Shown here: one piece after another, positions 1 to 8,027 of the stretch
Position numbering within the stretch: the stretch's first letter is position 1
Layout: each line of letters begins with the position of its first letter
Source: Chloroflexota bacterium
GTDB lineage: Bacteria > Chloroflexota > Anaerolineae > SpSt-313
Direction: 5' to 3'
Length of the DNA stretch: 32,000 nt
NCBI GenBank assembly: GCA_029553955.1
Contig: JAKPJZ010000100.1
Coordinates: 21,437 to 53,436, forward strand
Notes under the pieces: model-generated
Seen by the model: the letters and a program-made list of their open reading frames with translations, nothing else
What the model was told of the DNA's origin: nothing
Databases searched by the model: none
Made by a program: the position numbers and the translations under genes

Positions 1-236
1 CGTCTGGCCTCGCCGTGGCGCCAGATTCGCCCGCGGCCACGCCAAGCCGCCTGTGGCGGCCAAGGGGGGGCCAGGCTACGACTTTTCGGATAGGCTCTTG
101 CTATTGTAGCACCAACGCCGGCGCCTGTCACGAGCCGCCTGGGCATAGGATATGTTCCACAGTTGTGGGGCACCCGGGCAATGGCCCGGTTCTCTGCTCC
201 GCTGCCACCCGGCCCTGACCCCTGCCCAAAAGGCTA

Positions 237-356
237 GGTCGTGTTCGCAAACCCGTAGCATAGCCCCCCTTGGCCGCCGTAGGCGGCTTCGTGGGCGTCG
301 TAGCCCATCAAGATCAGTGCGGCAGACTGCCAGGCTACGGGTTTGTGGACACGACC
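237..356. repeat. imperfect inverted repeat (23-nt arms, 2 mismatches) enclosing a motif that recurs at 26911-26944
   Basis: GGTCGTGTTCGCAAACCCGTAGC (237-259) pairs with GCTACGGGTTTGTGGACACGACC (334-356). The inner AGCCCCCCTTGGCCGCCGTAGGCGGCTTCGTGGGCGT (262-298) closely resembles AGCCCCCTGGCCGCCACAGGCGGCTTGTGGGCGT (26911-26944). Confidence 0.75.
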
Positions 357-519
357 CAAACTGAATCCAGCTTGAGACCCGCAGGCTCCAGGCGTCGGGG
401 GCATGTAGGTCCCATCGTGGATTCGGTCTAGTTCGGAGCATGAAGCCCGGTCATGGTGCGATGGCTACCTGACGGCTGTACACTCGCGCATTGTGGACGC
501 ACCCCGCTCACCAATATAC

Positions 520-548
520 TTGACAACAACACAGAATCATAGTATGAT
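520..548 (+). promoter_or_regulatory. sigma70-like promoter, TTGACA-N17-TATGAT
   Basis: TTGACA at 520-525, exact 17-nt spacer, TATGAT at 543-548. It lies about 120 nt upstream of the first SD-preceded ORF of the operon. Sequence match only. Confidence 0.5.
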
Positions 549-669
549 CGGGAGGAATGGACACGTTGCAGAGCGCAAGCTTGGCCCGATGTGGTTTCGA
601 GCCCGTCTGGCGGCTGCTACGGCAGGCTGGGAGGCCTGGTCGACGTGCCGGCGGAGAACGGGAGGAGCA

Positions 670-843
670 ATGGCGGCAGGGTCCGAGATGGAGCAGGCAC
701 AGAGCGATGCCCAGGGTGCGGAAGGCCAGGCCGAGGCCCTGAACCGGATCGATCACGTGCTCGCGCGCATGCCCAAGAGGATCACGCCGGTTTTCGGCAG
801 GGGAAAGAGTTCACAGGGCGCCGAAGCCCAGGAGGTGTGTTGA
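670..843 (+). CDS. small hypothetical protein (57 aa)
   Basis: ATG 670 is preceded by GGGAGGAG (659-666). The stop TGA 841-843 overlaps the next gene's ATG 843 (TGATG coupling). Third codon positions are mostly G/C. No family recognised. Confidence 0.35.
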   Translation: MAAGSEMEQAQSDAQGAEGQAEALNRIDHVLARMPKRITPVFGRGKSSQGAEAQEVC

Positions 844-1217
844 TGAAGGTCGTCGTTACGGCCCAGGGCGTCGATCCGGATGCCGTAAGCAGCCCGATCT
901 TTGGCCGCTGCCCCGCCTTTGTCTTTGTCGATACTGAGACTATGCAGTTCGAAGGCATCGAGAACCCATGCGCTGCAGCGGGGGGCGGTGCGGGCATTCA
1001 GGCGGCCCAACTGGTGGTGGAACGGGGCGCCACGGTGCTGTTGAGCCACAACGTGGGGCCCAACGCCTTTGCTGTGCTGCAGGCTGCAGAGGTGGCCACC
1101 TACCGCATTGGCGGCGGAACGGTGCGCGAGGCCGTTGCGGCTTTGCTCGCAGGCACGCTGCCGCGCCTCGATGGCCCCAGCACAGACGGGCATCGGAGAC
1201 GAGGACGCAGTATCTGA
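843..1217 (+). CDS. NifX/NifB-C-type (dinitrogenase FeMo-cofactor-binding domain family, COG1433-like) protein
   Basis: Translation MKVVVTAQGVDPDAVSSPIFGRCPAFVFVDTETMQFEGIEN...GIQAAQLVVERGATVLLSHNVGPNAFAVLQAAEV carries the family signature hFGRCP.hhhhD plus the second G.NA...L unit. Confidence 0.85.
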   Translation: MKVVVTAQGVDPDAVSSPIFGRCPAFVFVDTETMQFEGIENPCAAAGGGAGIQAAQLVVERGATVLLSHNVGPNAFAVLQAAEVATYRIGGGTVREAVAALLAGTLPRLDGPSTDGHRRRGRSI

Positions 1218-1224
1218 GCCTGTT

Positions 1225-1334
1225 TTCCGCACCCAACAGAGGCAGCTCCCACGCCGCCGGTTGTGGCCGCGCAAGACGCCCTCTGCGACGGGCTGAGCTC
1301 GGCGGCGTGGGAGCCGCCTCTGCTGGGTGCGGAA
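1225..1334. repeat. long inverted repeat (35-nt arms, 2 mismatches, 40-nt spacer) inside the operon
   Basis: TTCCGCACCCAACAGAGGCAGCTCCCACGCCGCCG (1225-1259) pairs with CGGCGGCGTGGGAGCCGCCTCTGCTGGGTGCGGAA (1300-1334). Confidence 0.85.
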
Positions 1335-1436
1335 TCTGGGCTGAAGGGCTGTTCGAAAGCACTGGTGTGCCATGGGGTTCCTGTGCAGGGGCCGCTGGGA
1401 TGCATGTGCAGAGCGTGACGGGAAGGAGAAGAAGCG

Positions 1437-1628
1437 ATGGCAGGCGGATTTGGACGGGGTCGAGGTCTTGGTGGCCGCCGCGGGGGCCGCATGGGCGGGC
1501 CGCAGGCTGCGGGGCCAGGCGGCAAGTGCGTGTGCCCCAAGTGTGGCCACACGCAGGACCATGTGGCCGGGCAGCCATGCCGCGAGCAGACGTGCCCCAA
1601 ATGCGGCACGCGCATGGTCAGAGAGTAG
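1437..1628 (+). CDS. Gly/Arg-rich zinc-ribbon miniprotein (63 aa)
   Basis: ATG 1437 is preceded by GGAAGGAGAAG. The N-terminus GFGRGRGLGGRRGGR is followed by two CPKCG motifs (4-Cys zinc ribbon). The position immediately 5' of the MinD-like ATPase genes supports a real gene. Confidence 0.6.
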   Translation: MAGGFGRGRGLGGRRGGRMGGPQAAGPGGKCVCPKCGHTQDHVAGQPCREQTCPKCGTRMVRE

Positions 1629-1641
1629 GCGGGAGCCGTGC

Positions 1642-2511
1642 ATGATCGTCACCGTCGCCAGCGGCAAGGGGGGCACGGGCAAGACGTTGGTGGCCACCGG
1701 CCTGGCCGCTGTCGTTGCCGAGAGCTGCGCCGTGGTGTGCCTGCTCGACTGCGACGTCGAGGCGCCCAACGCCCACCTCTTTCTGAAGCCAGCGCTCACC
1801 GGCTGTGAAGAGGTGAGCCTGCCTGTGCCGCAGGTTGACCTCGCGCGCTGCACCTTCTGCGGCCGTTGCGCCGAGGTGTGCGCCTTCCATGCCCTAGCGG
1901 TCGTCGGCAGGCAGGTGCTCACCTTTGCTGAGCTCTGCCATGGCTGCGGGAGCTGCGCTCGGCAGTGCCCCGAGGGCGCGATCAGCGAGGTGCCGCGGCG
2001 GTTGGGCGTGGTCGAGTGGGGGTGGGCAGGCCGCGTGCGCTTGGCGCGCGGCGTGCTCGACGTGGGCCAGGCCATGGCCACGCCGGTGATTCGGCGGCTG
2101 AAGCAGCGTGCGCTCGAGGGTGTGGGCGGGCCGGCCTTGGTGCTGCTCGATGCGCCCCCGGGCAACGCCTGCGCCGTGGTCGAGACGCTGCGCGGCAGCG
2201 ATTTTGCCCTGCTGGTGACCGAGCCCACGCCCTTTGGCCTGCACGATCTAGAGATTGCCGTGCAGGTTGCGCGCGAGGAGCTTGGCCTTCCGGTCGGCGT
2301 GGTGATCAACCGCGATGGCATCGGCGATGGCGGTGTCGAAGGCTATTGTGCGCACGCCGGCCTGCCAATCCTGCTGCGCATCCCGTTCGACCGGCGCATT
2401 GCCGCGGCCTGCGCTGCGGGCGGGCTATGGGTCGATGCTGTGCCCGAGTATCGTGAGGGCATGCGCGGCCTGTACCGCACGCTGCAGGAAACTGGTGGAG
2501 CGGCGCCATGA
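1642..2511 (+). CDS. MinD/ParA-superfamily P-loop ATPase with inserted 2x[4Fe-4S] ferredoxin domain (COG1149-like)
   Basis: Deviant Walker A ASGKGGTGKT. Two cluster motifs, CTFCGRCAEVC and CHGCGSCARQCP. The rest is MinD-like (LLDAPPG, LLVTEPTPFGLHDL). Confidence 0.9.
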   Translation: MIVTVASGKGGTGKTLVATGLAAVVAESCAVVCLLDCDVEAPNAHLFLKPALTGCEEVSLPVPQVDLARCTFCGRCAEVCAFHALAVVGRQVLTFAELCHGCGSCARQCPEGAISEVPRRLGVVEWGWAGRVRLARGVLDVGQAMATPVIRRLKQRALEGVGGPALVLLDAPPGNACAVVETLRGSDFALLVTEPTPFGLHDLEIAVQVAREELGLPVGVVINRDGIGDGGVEGYCAHAGLPILLRIPFDRRIAAACAAGGLWVDAVPEYREGMRGLYRTLQETGGAAP

Positions 2512-3404
2512 AGCAGTGGGTCGTGTTGAGTGGCAAGGGCGGCACGGGCAAGACGACGGTCGCGGCGGCGCTGGCGCACCTGGCGTCGCAGGAGCGCCGG
2601 CTCGTGATGGCCGATGCCGATGTGGATGCGGCGAACCTGGAGCTGCTGCTCGCGCCCATCATACAGGAGGCGCACGAGTTCAGCGGCGGCATGGTGGCTG
2701 CAATCGACGCGAGCCGGTGCACCGGCTGCGGCGCCTGCCGTGTGGCCTGCCGCTTTGATGCCATCGTGCAAGACGGCGATGTCTGCCGCGTCGCTGCCAT
2801 CGCCTGCGAGGGCTGCGCGGCTTGCAGCTACGTCTGCCCGGCCGGCGCCGTCACCATGAGCGACCGACCCAATGGGCAATGGTTCCGCTCCGAAACGGCG
2901 CTGGGGCCGCTCTGCCATGCGCGGCTATTCGCCGGGCAAGAGAACTCGGGCAAACTTGTGGTTCAGGTCAAGCAGTGTGCGCGCCTGCTGGCGACGGAGC
3001 GCGGCGCCGACCTGCTGTTGGTTGATGGGCCGCCGGGCATAGGCTGCCCGGTGATTGCGACCATGACCGGGGCCGACCTGGCGCTGCTGGTCGTCGAGCC
3101 CGGCGTATCGGGGTTCCACGACCTGGAGCGCATCCTGGCCGCTACGCGCCACTTCCGGGTGCCTGCGGTGGCCTGCCTGAACAAGGCTGATATCAGCCCG
3201 GCCCACACGTCGGAGGTCGAGGCGCTCTGTGCTGCCGAAGGGGTGCCGGTGGTGGGCCACATCCCGTTCGATATGGTAGTGACCGAGGCCATGGTACAGC
3301 GCCGTCCGGTGACGGCATACTGCCAGGGGCCGGTGTCACAAGCGCTCCGGGCGCTCTGGCACACGTTGCAGGGGCGGCCGGAAGGAATGGAGGGACAACT
3401 GTGA
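2508..3404 (+). CDS. second MinD/ParA-like ATPase with inserted 2x[4Fe-4S] ferredoxin domain
   Basis: ATGA overlap with the upstream gene. Motifs LSGKGGTGKTT, CTGCGACRVAC and CEGCAACSYVCP, then LLVDGPPGIGCPV. Confidence 0.9.
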   Translation: MKQWVVLSGKGGTGKTTVAAALAHLASQERRLVMADADVDAANLELLLAPIIQEAHEFSGGMVAAIDASRCTGCGACRVACRFDAIVQDGDVCRVAAIACEGCAACSYVCPAGAVTMSDRPNGQWFRSETALGPLCHARLFAGQENSGKLVVQVKQCARLLATERGADLLLVDGPPGIGCPVIATMTGADLALLVVEPGVSGFHDLERILAATRHFRVPAVACLNKADISPAHTSEVEALCAAEGVPVVGHIPFDMVVTEAMVQRRPVTAYCQGPVSQALRALWHTLQGRPEGMEGQL

Positions 3405-3787
3405 TGCGTATCGCAGTCTCGGTGGAGGATGAACGTGGCCTGGATGCGGCGGTCAGCCCGCACTTTGGGCGCTGCCCTTACTATGCGTTGGTCGACGTCG
3501 AAGGGCGGGAGGTCAAGGCGCTGCGGACTGTGGCCAACCCCTTCTACGGTAACCACCAGCCGGGGCAGGTGCCCGGGTTCATCCATCAACAAGGGGCCGA
3601 TGTGATGCTGACCGGCGGCATGGGCGGCCGGGCGGTGGCCTTTTTCGAGCAGTTTGGTATCGAACCCGTCACCGGGGCCAGCGGCACCGTGCGCTGCGCC
3701 CTCGAAGCCTACCTCGGCGGGCAGTTGCATGGGGCCGCGCCGTGCCATGAGAGCGTCGAGCACGGCCACGGGCATGCCGCAGGGTGA
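3404..3787 (+). CDS. second NifX/NifB-C-type cofactor-binding domain protein
   Basis: MRIAVSVEDERGLDAAVSPHFGRCPYYALVDVEG...VPGFIHQQGADVMLTGGMGGRAVAFFEQFGIE. GGAGGG lies 9 nt upstream. The start overlaps the upstream stop (GTGATG). The tail is His-rich (HESVEHGHGH). Confidence 0.85.
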   Translation: MRIAVSVEDERGLDAAVSPHFGRCPYYALVDVEGREVKALRTVANPFYGNHQPGQVPGFIHQQGADVMLTGGMGGRAVAFFEQFGIEPVTGASGTVRCALEAYLGGQLHGAAPCHESVEHGHGHAAG

Positions 3788-3872
3788 GATGACGACCCTG
3801 CCCGTCGTCACCTGCCCGGGCAGCCCCATCCTGCTGTTGCAGTGGACGACCATTCGTACAATGGAGGCCAGG

Positions 3873-4319
3873 ATGGCTCATGTCGTGGCCGTATGCGCCA
3901 GTGTACAGCGTGAGGACTCGAAGGTCGATCTCGGCGAGGGCGAGCTCATCGCCGGCTATGGGCTGCTGGGCGACGCTCACGCCGGCCGCGGCGAGCGCCA
4001 GGTCAGCCTGCTCGCCGTGGAGAGCATAGAGCGCGCCCGGCAGGAGCACGGCACTGCCGCTGTGCCTGGCTCCTTTGCCGAGAACCTGACCACTGAGGGC
4101 CTGGATCTGAGCGTGCTGGTCGTCGGTGACCGGCTGCGGGTTGGGGCGGCGCTGCTGCAGGTGGTGCAGCTCGGCAAGCCACCGGAGGCTGCGCATACGT
4201 ACAGCTTTCAGGGTGTCTCCCTCCTGCCGCGTGCAGGGGTCTTTTGCCGCGTGCTCGAAGGCGGGCGCGTGGCGCGCGGCGATGTCGTCGAGGTGCTCTC
4301 GGGCGGGGAGGCCGTGTGA
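3873..4319 (+). CDS. MOSC-domain protein
   Basis: The 148-aa translation (GDAHAG...RQVSLLAVESIE..., FAENLTTEGLDL..L.VGDRLRVG.ALLQV, C-terminal GVFCRVLEGGRVARGD) has the beta-barrel MOSC pattern. GGAGG lies 5 nt before ATG 3873. Confidence 0.7.
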   Translation: MAHVVAVCASVQREDSKVDLGEGELIAGYGLLGDAHAGRGERQVSLLAVESIERARQEHGTAAVPGSFAENLTTEGLDLSVLVVGDRLRVGAALLQVVQLGKPPEAAHTYSFQGVSLLPRAGVFCRVLEGGRVARGDVVEVLSGGEAV

Positions 4320-4331
4320 TCGTCTTGCCCT

Positions 4332-4967
4332 GTGCCCTCCAGGCGCCTCGACCGCAGCCTGGGGATCAACACTATCCCTCCCAAGGTCTGCAGCTATACC
4401 TGTGTGTACTGCCAACTCGGCCGTACCACCTGCATGCAGACCAGGCGCGCCACCTTCCGAGACCCCTGGCATTTGCTGCGGGCGGTCCAGGGCAAGCTGA
4501 TGAGCGTGGCGGAGGCGGGCCAGACAGTCGACTATCTGACCTTCGTGCCCGACGGCGAGCCCACCCTCGACCTCAACCTCGGCCGCGAGATCGATCTGCT
4601 GCACTCGCTGGGCATTCCAGTGGTTGTGATCAGCAATGCCTCGCTCCTTGCCGTTGCGGACGTGCGGGAAGACGTCATGCGGGCCGACCTGGTGTCGTTC
4701 AAGGTCGACGCGGCTCAGGAGGCGGCCTGGCGCCGCGTCGACCGGCCGCATGGCGCCCTGCGGTTCGGCGCAATCCGCGACGGCTTGCTCTCCTTGGCGC
4801 GTAGCGGGACCGGCTGGGCACGGGTGCACGATCTGCTCGCCAGCGGCCGGCTCGCGGAGCTCGAGTATGCCGGGCACAGGTTCTATCTGCGCAAGCTGCA
4901 CGGGGAAGTGACGAGGCCGAGGTCCCAGGCGCGCCGGCCGTATGGCCAAGGGGGAAGCTGTGGCTAA
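4332..4967 (+). CDS. radical SAM protein
   Basis: PSRRLDRSLGINTIPPKVCSYTCVYCQLGRT contains the CxxxCxxC SAM-cluster motif in a familiar N-terminal context. The only in-frame start after the upstream stop is GTG 4332. The C-terminal 20 aa look non-native. Confidence 0.8.
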   Translation: MPSRRLDRSLGINTIPPKVCSYTCVYCQLGRTTCMQTRRATFRDPWHLLRAVQGKLMSVAEAGQTVDYLTFVPDGEPTLDLNLGREIDLLHSLGIPVVVISNASLLAVADVREDVMRADLVSFKVDAAQEAAWRRVDRPHGALRFGAIRDGLLSLARSGTGWARVHDLLASGRLAELEYAGHRFYLRKLHGEVTRPRSQARRPYGQGGSCG

Positions 4968-4997
4968 GAGAAGGATAGAGACGACGTTCCAGAGAAC

Positions 4998-5486
4998 GTG
5001 GCGTTCGTCCCCGTCGATTTCGAGACCGAGTCGCTCAGCGCCAGGCTCGAAGAAGCTGGTTTGCGCCGTCAGCAGAAGAGCCTCTTCATTCTTGAGGGGC
5101 TGCTGATGTACCTGCGGCCCGGTGCGGTCGAAGAGCTGTTCCGGACCATCCAGGGCTATGCCGGCCCGGGCAGCAGCGTGGTGTTCGACTATGTCCGGGC
5201 CTCAGTACTGCGGGGCGAGGCCCACGGCGATGGGGAGCGGGAGATCGTGGCGCGGGTGACCCAGGCCCACGAGCTTTGGCATTTTGGCCTCGAGACGGAT
5301 GACATCGGCGATTTGCTCGCAGCGTACGGTCTGAGGCTGGCCGAGCATCGAGACGCCACGGCGCTGGAGGAGGCGTACTTTAGGAATCCATCAGGCAAGA
5401 TTGTGGGCCATGTAAACGGCACGCACTGCCTGGTGACTGCCGAGATGGTCCAGGCACACACTGCTTGGGAACAGCCAGCTCGCTAG
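4998..5486 (+). pseudogene. 5'-truncated class I SAM-dependent methyltransferase (leucine-carboxyl/O-MT-like family) fragment
   Basis: The translation starts abruptly at VAFVPVDFE...SLFILEGLLMYL, which is the C-terminal half of this family (my recollection). No SAM-binding N-terminal half, SD or ATG is present. Confidence 0.5.
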
Positions 5487-5605
5487 CTCCGTGCCCGGAC
5501 GACGCACCCTCGCCGACAAGCATAGTTGCCGCACTTGGGTACGCGGCCCGTGCTATAGCATGGCTAAACGAATGCTCGACGATGTGTTGGGAGGGACGGA
5601 ATGCA

Positions 5606-6610
5606 GTGCTGAGTAGCCAGGGCACGACAGCACCTGCACTCGCCATCGAGGCCTGTGCACTGACGCGCTGCTATGGCGCGCTCGTGGCCGTGGATCACCT
5701 CAGCCTGGCGGTCGGCCGGGGCGAGGCGTTCGCCTTCCTGGGACCCAACGGCGCCGGCAAGACGACGACGATCCGCATGCTCACCGGGCTGATCCGGCCG
5801 AGCGGGGGCACCGCGCTCATCGATGGCTTGGATATCGCCAGGGATGCGATGGCGGCGAAAGCGCGCGTAGGCGTCGTGCCACAGCGCTCCAACCTCTACG
5901 GAGAGCTGAGCGCCCGCGACAACCTCGTCTTCGTGGCCCAGCTCTACGGCCTGCCCTCTCGGCGCTGGCGCGCCCGGGCCGACGAACTGCTCGACCAGTT
6001 CGGCCTGAGCGAGAAGGCCGGCGTGCCCTTTTCCACGCTCTCGGGTGGTATGAAGCGCCGTCTCACCATCGCCGCAGCGCTGGTGCACGAGCCGAGCATC
6101 CTCTTCCTCGACGAGCCGACGACCGGTCTCGACGTGCTGAGCGCGCGTAACCTGCGGGCGCTCGTCGGCGACCTCAAGGGGCGCGGCATCACCATCTTCC
6201 TGACGACCCACCTCATCACCGAGGCCGAGCAACTGGCCAGCCGCGTGGGCATCATCGTCAAGGGCCGGCTGATCGCCGTCGACACGCCGGCAGGGCTGCG
6301 CGCCAGGACCCATGGGGAGGACGTCCTGGAAGTGACCATTCCCGAGCCGGCGGAGGCCCTGCTGGCCGCGCTGCGGGGCGCGGCGACGGTGCGCGCCCTC
6401 TCGCGTGCCGGCGACACACTGCGCCTGACCGTCTCGACGGTCGATGCTGGCCTGCGCACGCTCACTGAGGTCACGCAGCGCTACGGGGCGTGCATCGCCA
6501 ACGTGCGCACTGTGGCGCCGTCGCTCGAGGATGCCTTTGTGCGGCTGACGCAGGTCGATGCCGAGGCCATGCGGAACGGCCCGCGCAGCCAGGGAGGTGA
6601 CGCACCATGA
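5606..6610 (+). CDS. ABC transporter ATP-binding protein (ABC-2/DrrA-like exporter type)
   Basis: Walker A GPNGAGKTT, signature LSGGMKRRL, Walker B ILFLDEPTTGLD. Start GTG 5606 lies after GGGAGGGA; alternative start ATG 5582. Confidence 0.9.
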   Translation: MLSSQGTTAPALAIEACALTRCYGALVAVDHLSLAVGRGEAFAFLGPNGAGKTTTIRMLTGLIRPSGGTALIDGLDIARDAMAAKARVGVVPQRSNLYGELSARDNLVFVAQLYGLPSRRWRARADELLDQFGLSEKAGVPFSTLSGGMKRRLTIAAALVHEPSILFLDEPTTGLDVLSARNLRALVGDLKGRGITIFLTTHLITEAEQLASRVGIIVKGRLIAVDTPAGLRARTHGEDVLEVTIPEPAEALLAALRGAATVRALSRAGDTLRLTVSTVDAGLRTLTEVTQRYGACIANVRTVAPSLEDAFVRLTQVDAEAMRNGPRSQGGDAP

Positions 6611-7350
6611 GCCTGCAGCAACTGGGGCGGGCCTGGCACATCACGGCCAAGGACATACGCACCTACTATCTGAAGCCGCCGCTCATCAGTTGGGGCATGC
6701 TCCTGCCGGCGGTATTCATCCTGGCCTTTTACTTGCGCGCCCCAGGCGACATCCGCAGCGCAGCGCCTGGGCTCATCGGCCTGACGGTGCTCTTTGGCGC
6801 CACCTCGGTGGAAGCGGTGGTCATCTCGTTCGAGAAGCGCATCGGCGGCATGGAGCGCCTGCTCATGGCCCCGGTGTCGGTGCCGGCGCTGCTTGCCGGC
6901 AAGGTGGCGAGCGGCATGCTCTTCGGCGTGGCGACCGGCGCACTGGTGTGGTTGGGCAGCACTCTCGCCTGGAGCCTGCCGCTGGCTGCGGGCCTGCCGC
7001 TCGTGGCCATCGCCCTGGGGAGCGCCACCTTTGCGCTGCTGGGCGTGCTCATCAGTCTGGTGATGCGCGAGGTCTTTGACGCCATGACACTCTCCAACTT
7101 GTTCCGCTTTCCGATGATGTTCCTGAGCGGCGTGTTCGTGCCTGTCGCGGCGCTGCCAAGTGCGCTGCAGGTGGTGGCCGCTCTGCTGCCGCTCACCTAC
7201 ACCGTCGATGCCCTGCGCCACCTCCTGCTCGGCGGTGCGGGGGCGTCGTACCCACTGTGGACCGACCTGCTGGCCAGCCTGGCCTTTGCTGCGGCGCTCT
7301 ACGTCGCCGCGCTCGAGCTCATGCGGCGCCGGCTAGAGGACCTGCTCTAG
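6607..7350 (+). CDS. ABC-2 type transporter permease
   Basis: ATGA overlap with the ATPase gene. The product has about six hydrophobic segments and an N-terminus (AKDIRTYYLKPPLISWGMLLP) typical of ABC-2 permeases. Confidence 0.85.
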   Translation: MSLQQLGRAWHITAKDIRTYYLKPPLISWGMLLPAVFILAFYLRAPGDIRSAAPGLIGLTVLFGATSVEAVVISFEKRIGGMERLLMAPVSVPALLAGKVASGMLFGVATGALVWLGSTLAWSLPLAAGLPLVAIALGSATFALLGVLISLVMREVFDAMTLSNLFRFPMMFLSGVFVPVAALPSALQVVAALLPLTYTVDALRHLLLGGAGASYPLWTDLLASLAFAAALYVAALELMRRRLEDLL

Positions 7351-7658
7351 CTGTCTTGGCCCTGGAGCTCCTCCAGGCGCTTCTCGATGCGCTCGAGCGC
7401 CTGCTTCAGAAACCCGGCCTGTGCCTCGAGGGCGCCGGCTTCATCGGGCGACGCGGACGGCGCGTAGCCGCCGCGCGCCCAGCGGGGCAGCCCCGTCGCG
7501 TAGAACCAGTTGCGCCAGCCGCGGCCGCCGCCCCGGCCACAGCCACGGCCCACTATCGGATTGGCAAAGCCGGGCCTGTCGCCGCCGGCGCAGTAGCCGG
7601 CGCCCCTTCCCGTCATGGGGCCTATCCCGCCGGGCCCTGTCCCATCACCTCTCGGCAT
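7347..7658 (-). CDS. DUF5320-type protein (Gly/Arg-rich N-terminus, C-terminal coiled coil)
   Basis: MPRGDGTGPGGIGPMTGRGAGYCAG...GRGCGRGGGRGW...LEAQAGFLKQALERIEKRLEELQ. SD AGGAGGAGG lies upstream. Confidence 0.8.
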   Translation of the reverse strand: MPRGDGTGPGGIGPMTGRGAGYCAGGDRPGFANPIVGRGCGRGGGRGWRNWFYATGLPRWARGGYAPSASPDEAGALEAQAGFLKQALERIEKRLEELQGQDS

Positions 7659-7688
7659 AGTGTCCTCCTCCTTGTTCTGCCGGATCGT

Positions 7689-7919
7689 TCACGATCTGCG
7701 GCCACGGCTCCTGCCGCGCCTCTGGCCGGGCGCCCTGCGGCGGCCCAAGCCCAGGCGCGGTAGCAGGTCCACCGCCCAGCGCCCGATTGCGCTGAGATCA
7801 AAGCTCCGGCCGGCGCCCGGGTTGGCGTTGCCGGGCGTGGGGTAGTTGGCGCAGGGGCCAAGGCCCCGCCCCGTACGCGGACCCATCCCCGTAGGCCCTG
7901 TCCCATCACCTCTTGGCAT
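7689..7919 (-). CDS. short DUF5320-like paralog lacking the coiled-coil tail
   Basis: MPRGDGTGPTGMGPRTGRGLGPCANYP..., preceded by AAGGAG. It ends in the Arg-rich tail RRGRSRGRRS. Confidence 0.55.
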   Translation of the reverse strand: MPRGDGTGPTGMGPRTGRGLGPCANYPTPGNANPGAGRSFDLSAIGRWAVDLLPRLGLGRRRAPGQRRGRSRGRRS

Positions 7920-7945
7920 GTCTGTCTCCTTTCGCCGTGATGGCT

Positions 7946-8027
7946 CGTTGTCCGTGATCCGTTGTCCGTTGTCCACTGTGCCGGCAGTCACGGACCGGCC
8001 GCGGACAACCGACAACGAACGACGGAC
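7946..8027. repeat. intercistronic imperfect hairpin built from CGTTGTCC / GGACAAC(C)G octamer repeats
   Basis: CGTTGTCC occurs at 7946, 7960 and 7967. Inverted copies GGACAACCGACAACGAACGACGGAC lie at 8003-8027 and abut the PadR stop codon. Confidence 0.6.

Noticed and set aside
753-2321. A 522-aa minus-strand ORF. Similar long antisense or off-frame ORFs occur at 2963-3853, 3669-4949, 6481-7221, 8413-9195, 11407-12456, 12573-13556, 15697-16785, 27891-28751, 29401-30519 and 30588-31400.
   Set aside because: Their translations are Arg/Ala/Pro/Gly-rich low-complexity strings with no motifs. They lie opposite or out of frame to genes with clear family signatures. Such shadow ORFs are expected because stop codons are rare in DNA this GC-rich.
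843-3787. A nitrogen-fixation (nif) cluster, because of the NifX/NifB-type domains.
   Set aside because: No nifH, nifD, nifK, nifE or nifN, nor a NifB radical-SAM core, is present. These small NifX-type proteins with MinD-ferredoxin ATPases are common in non-diazotrophs.
4317-4334. The MOSC and radical-SAM ORFs are in the same frame, separated only by TGA plus four codons. This could suggest a read-through fusion or selenocysteine.
   Set aside because: The MOSC protein ends at a normal length for the family. The radical-SAM family motif (PSRRL...) begins right at GTG 4332. The arrangement is adequately explained by two adjacent genes.
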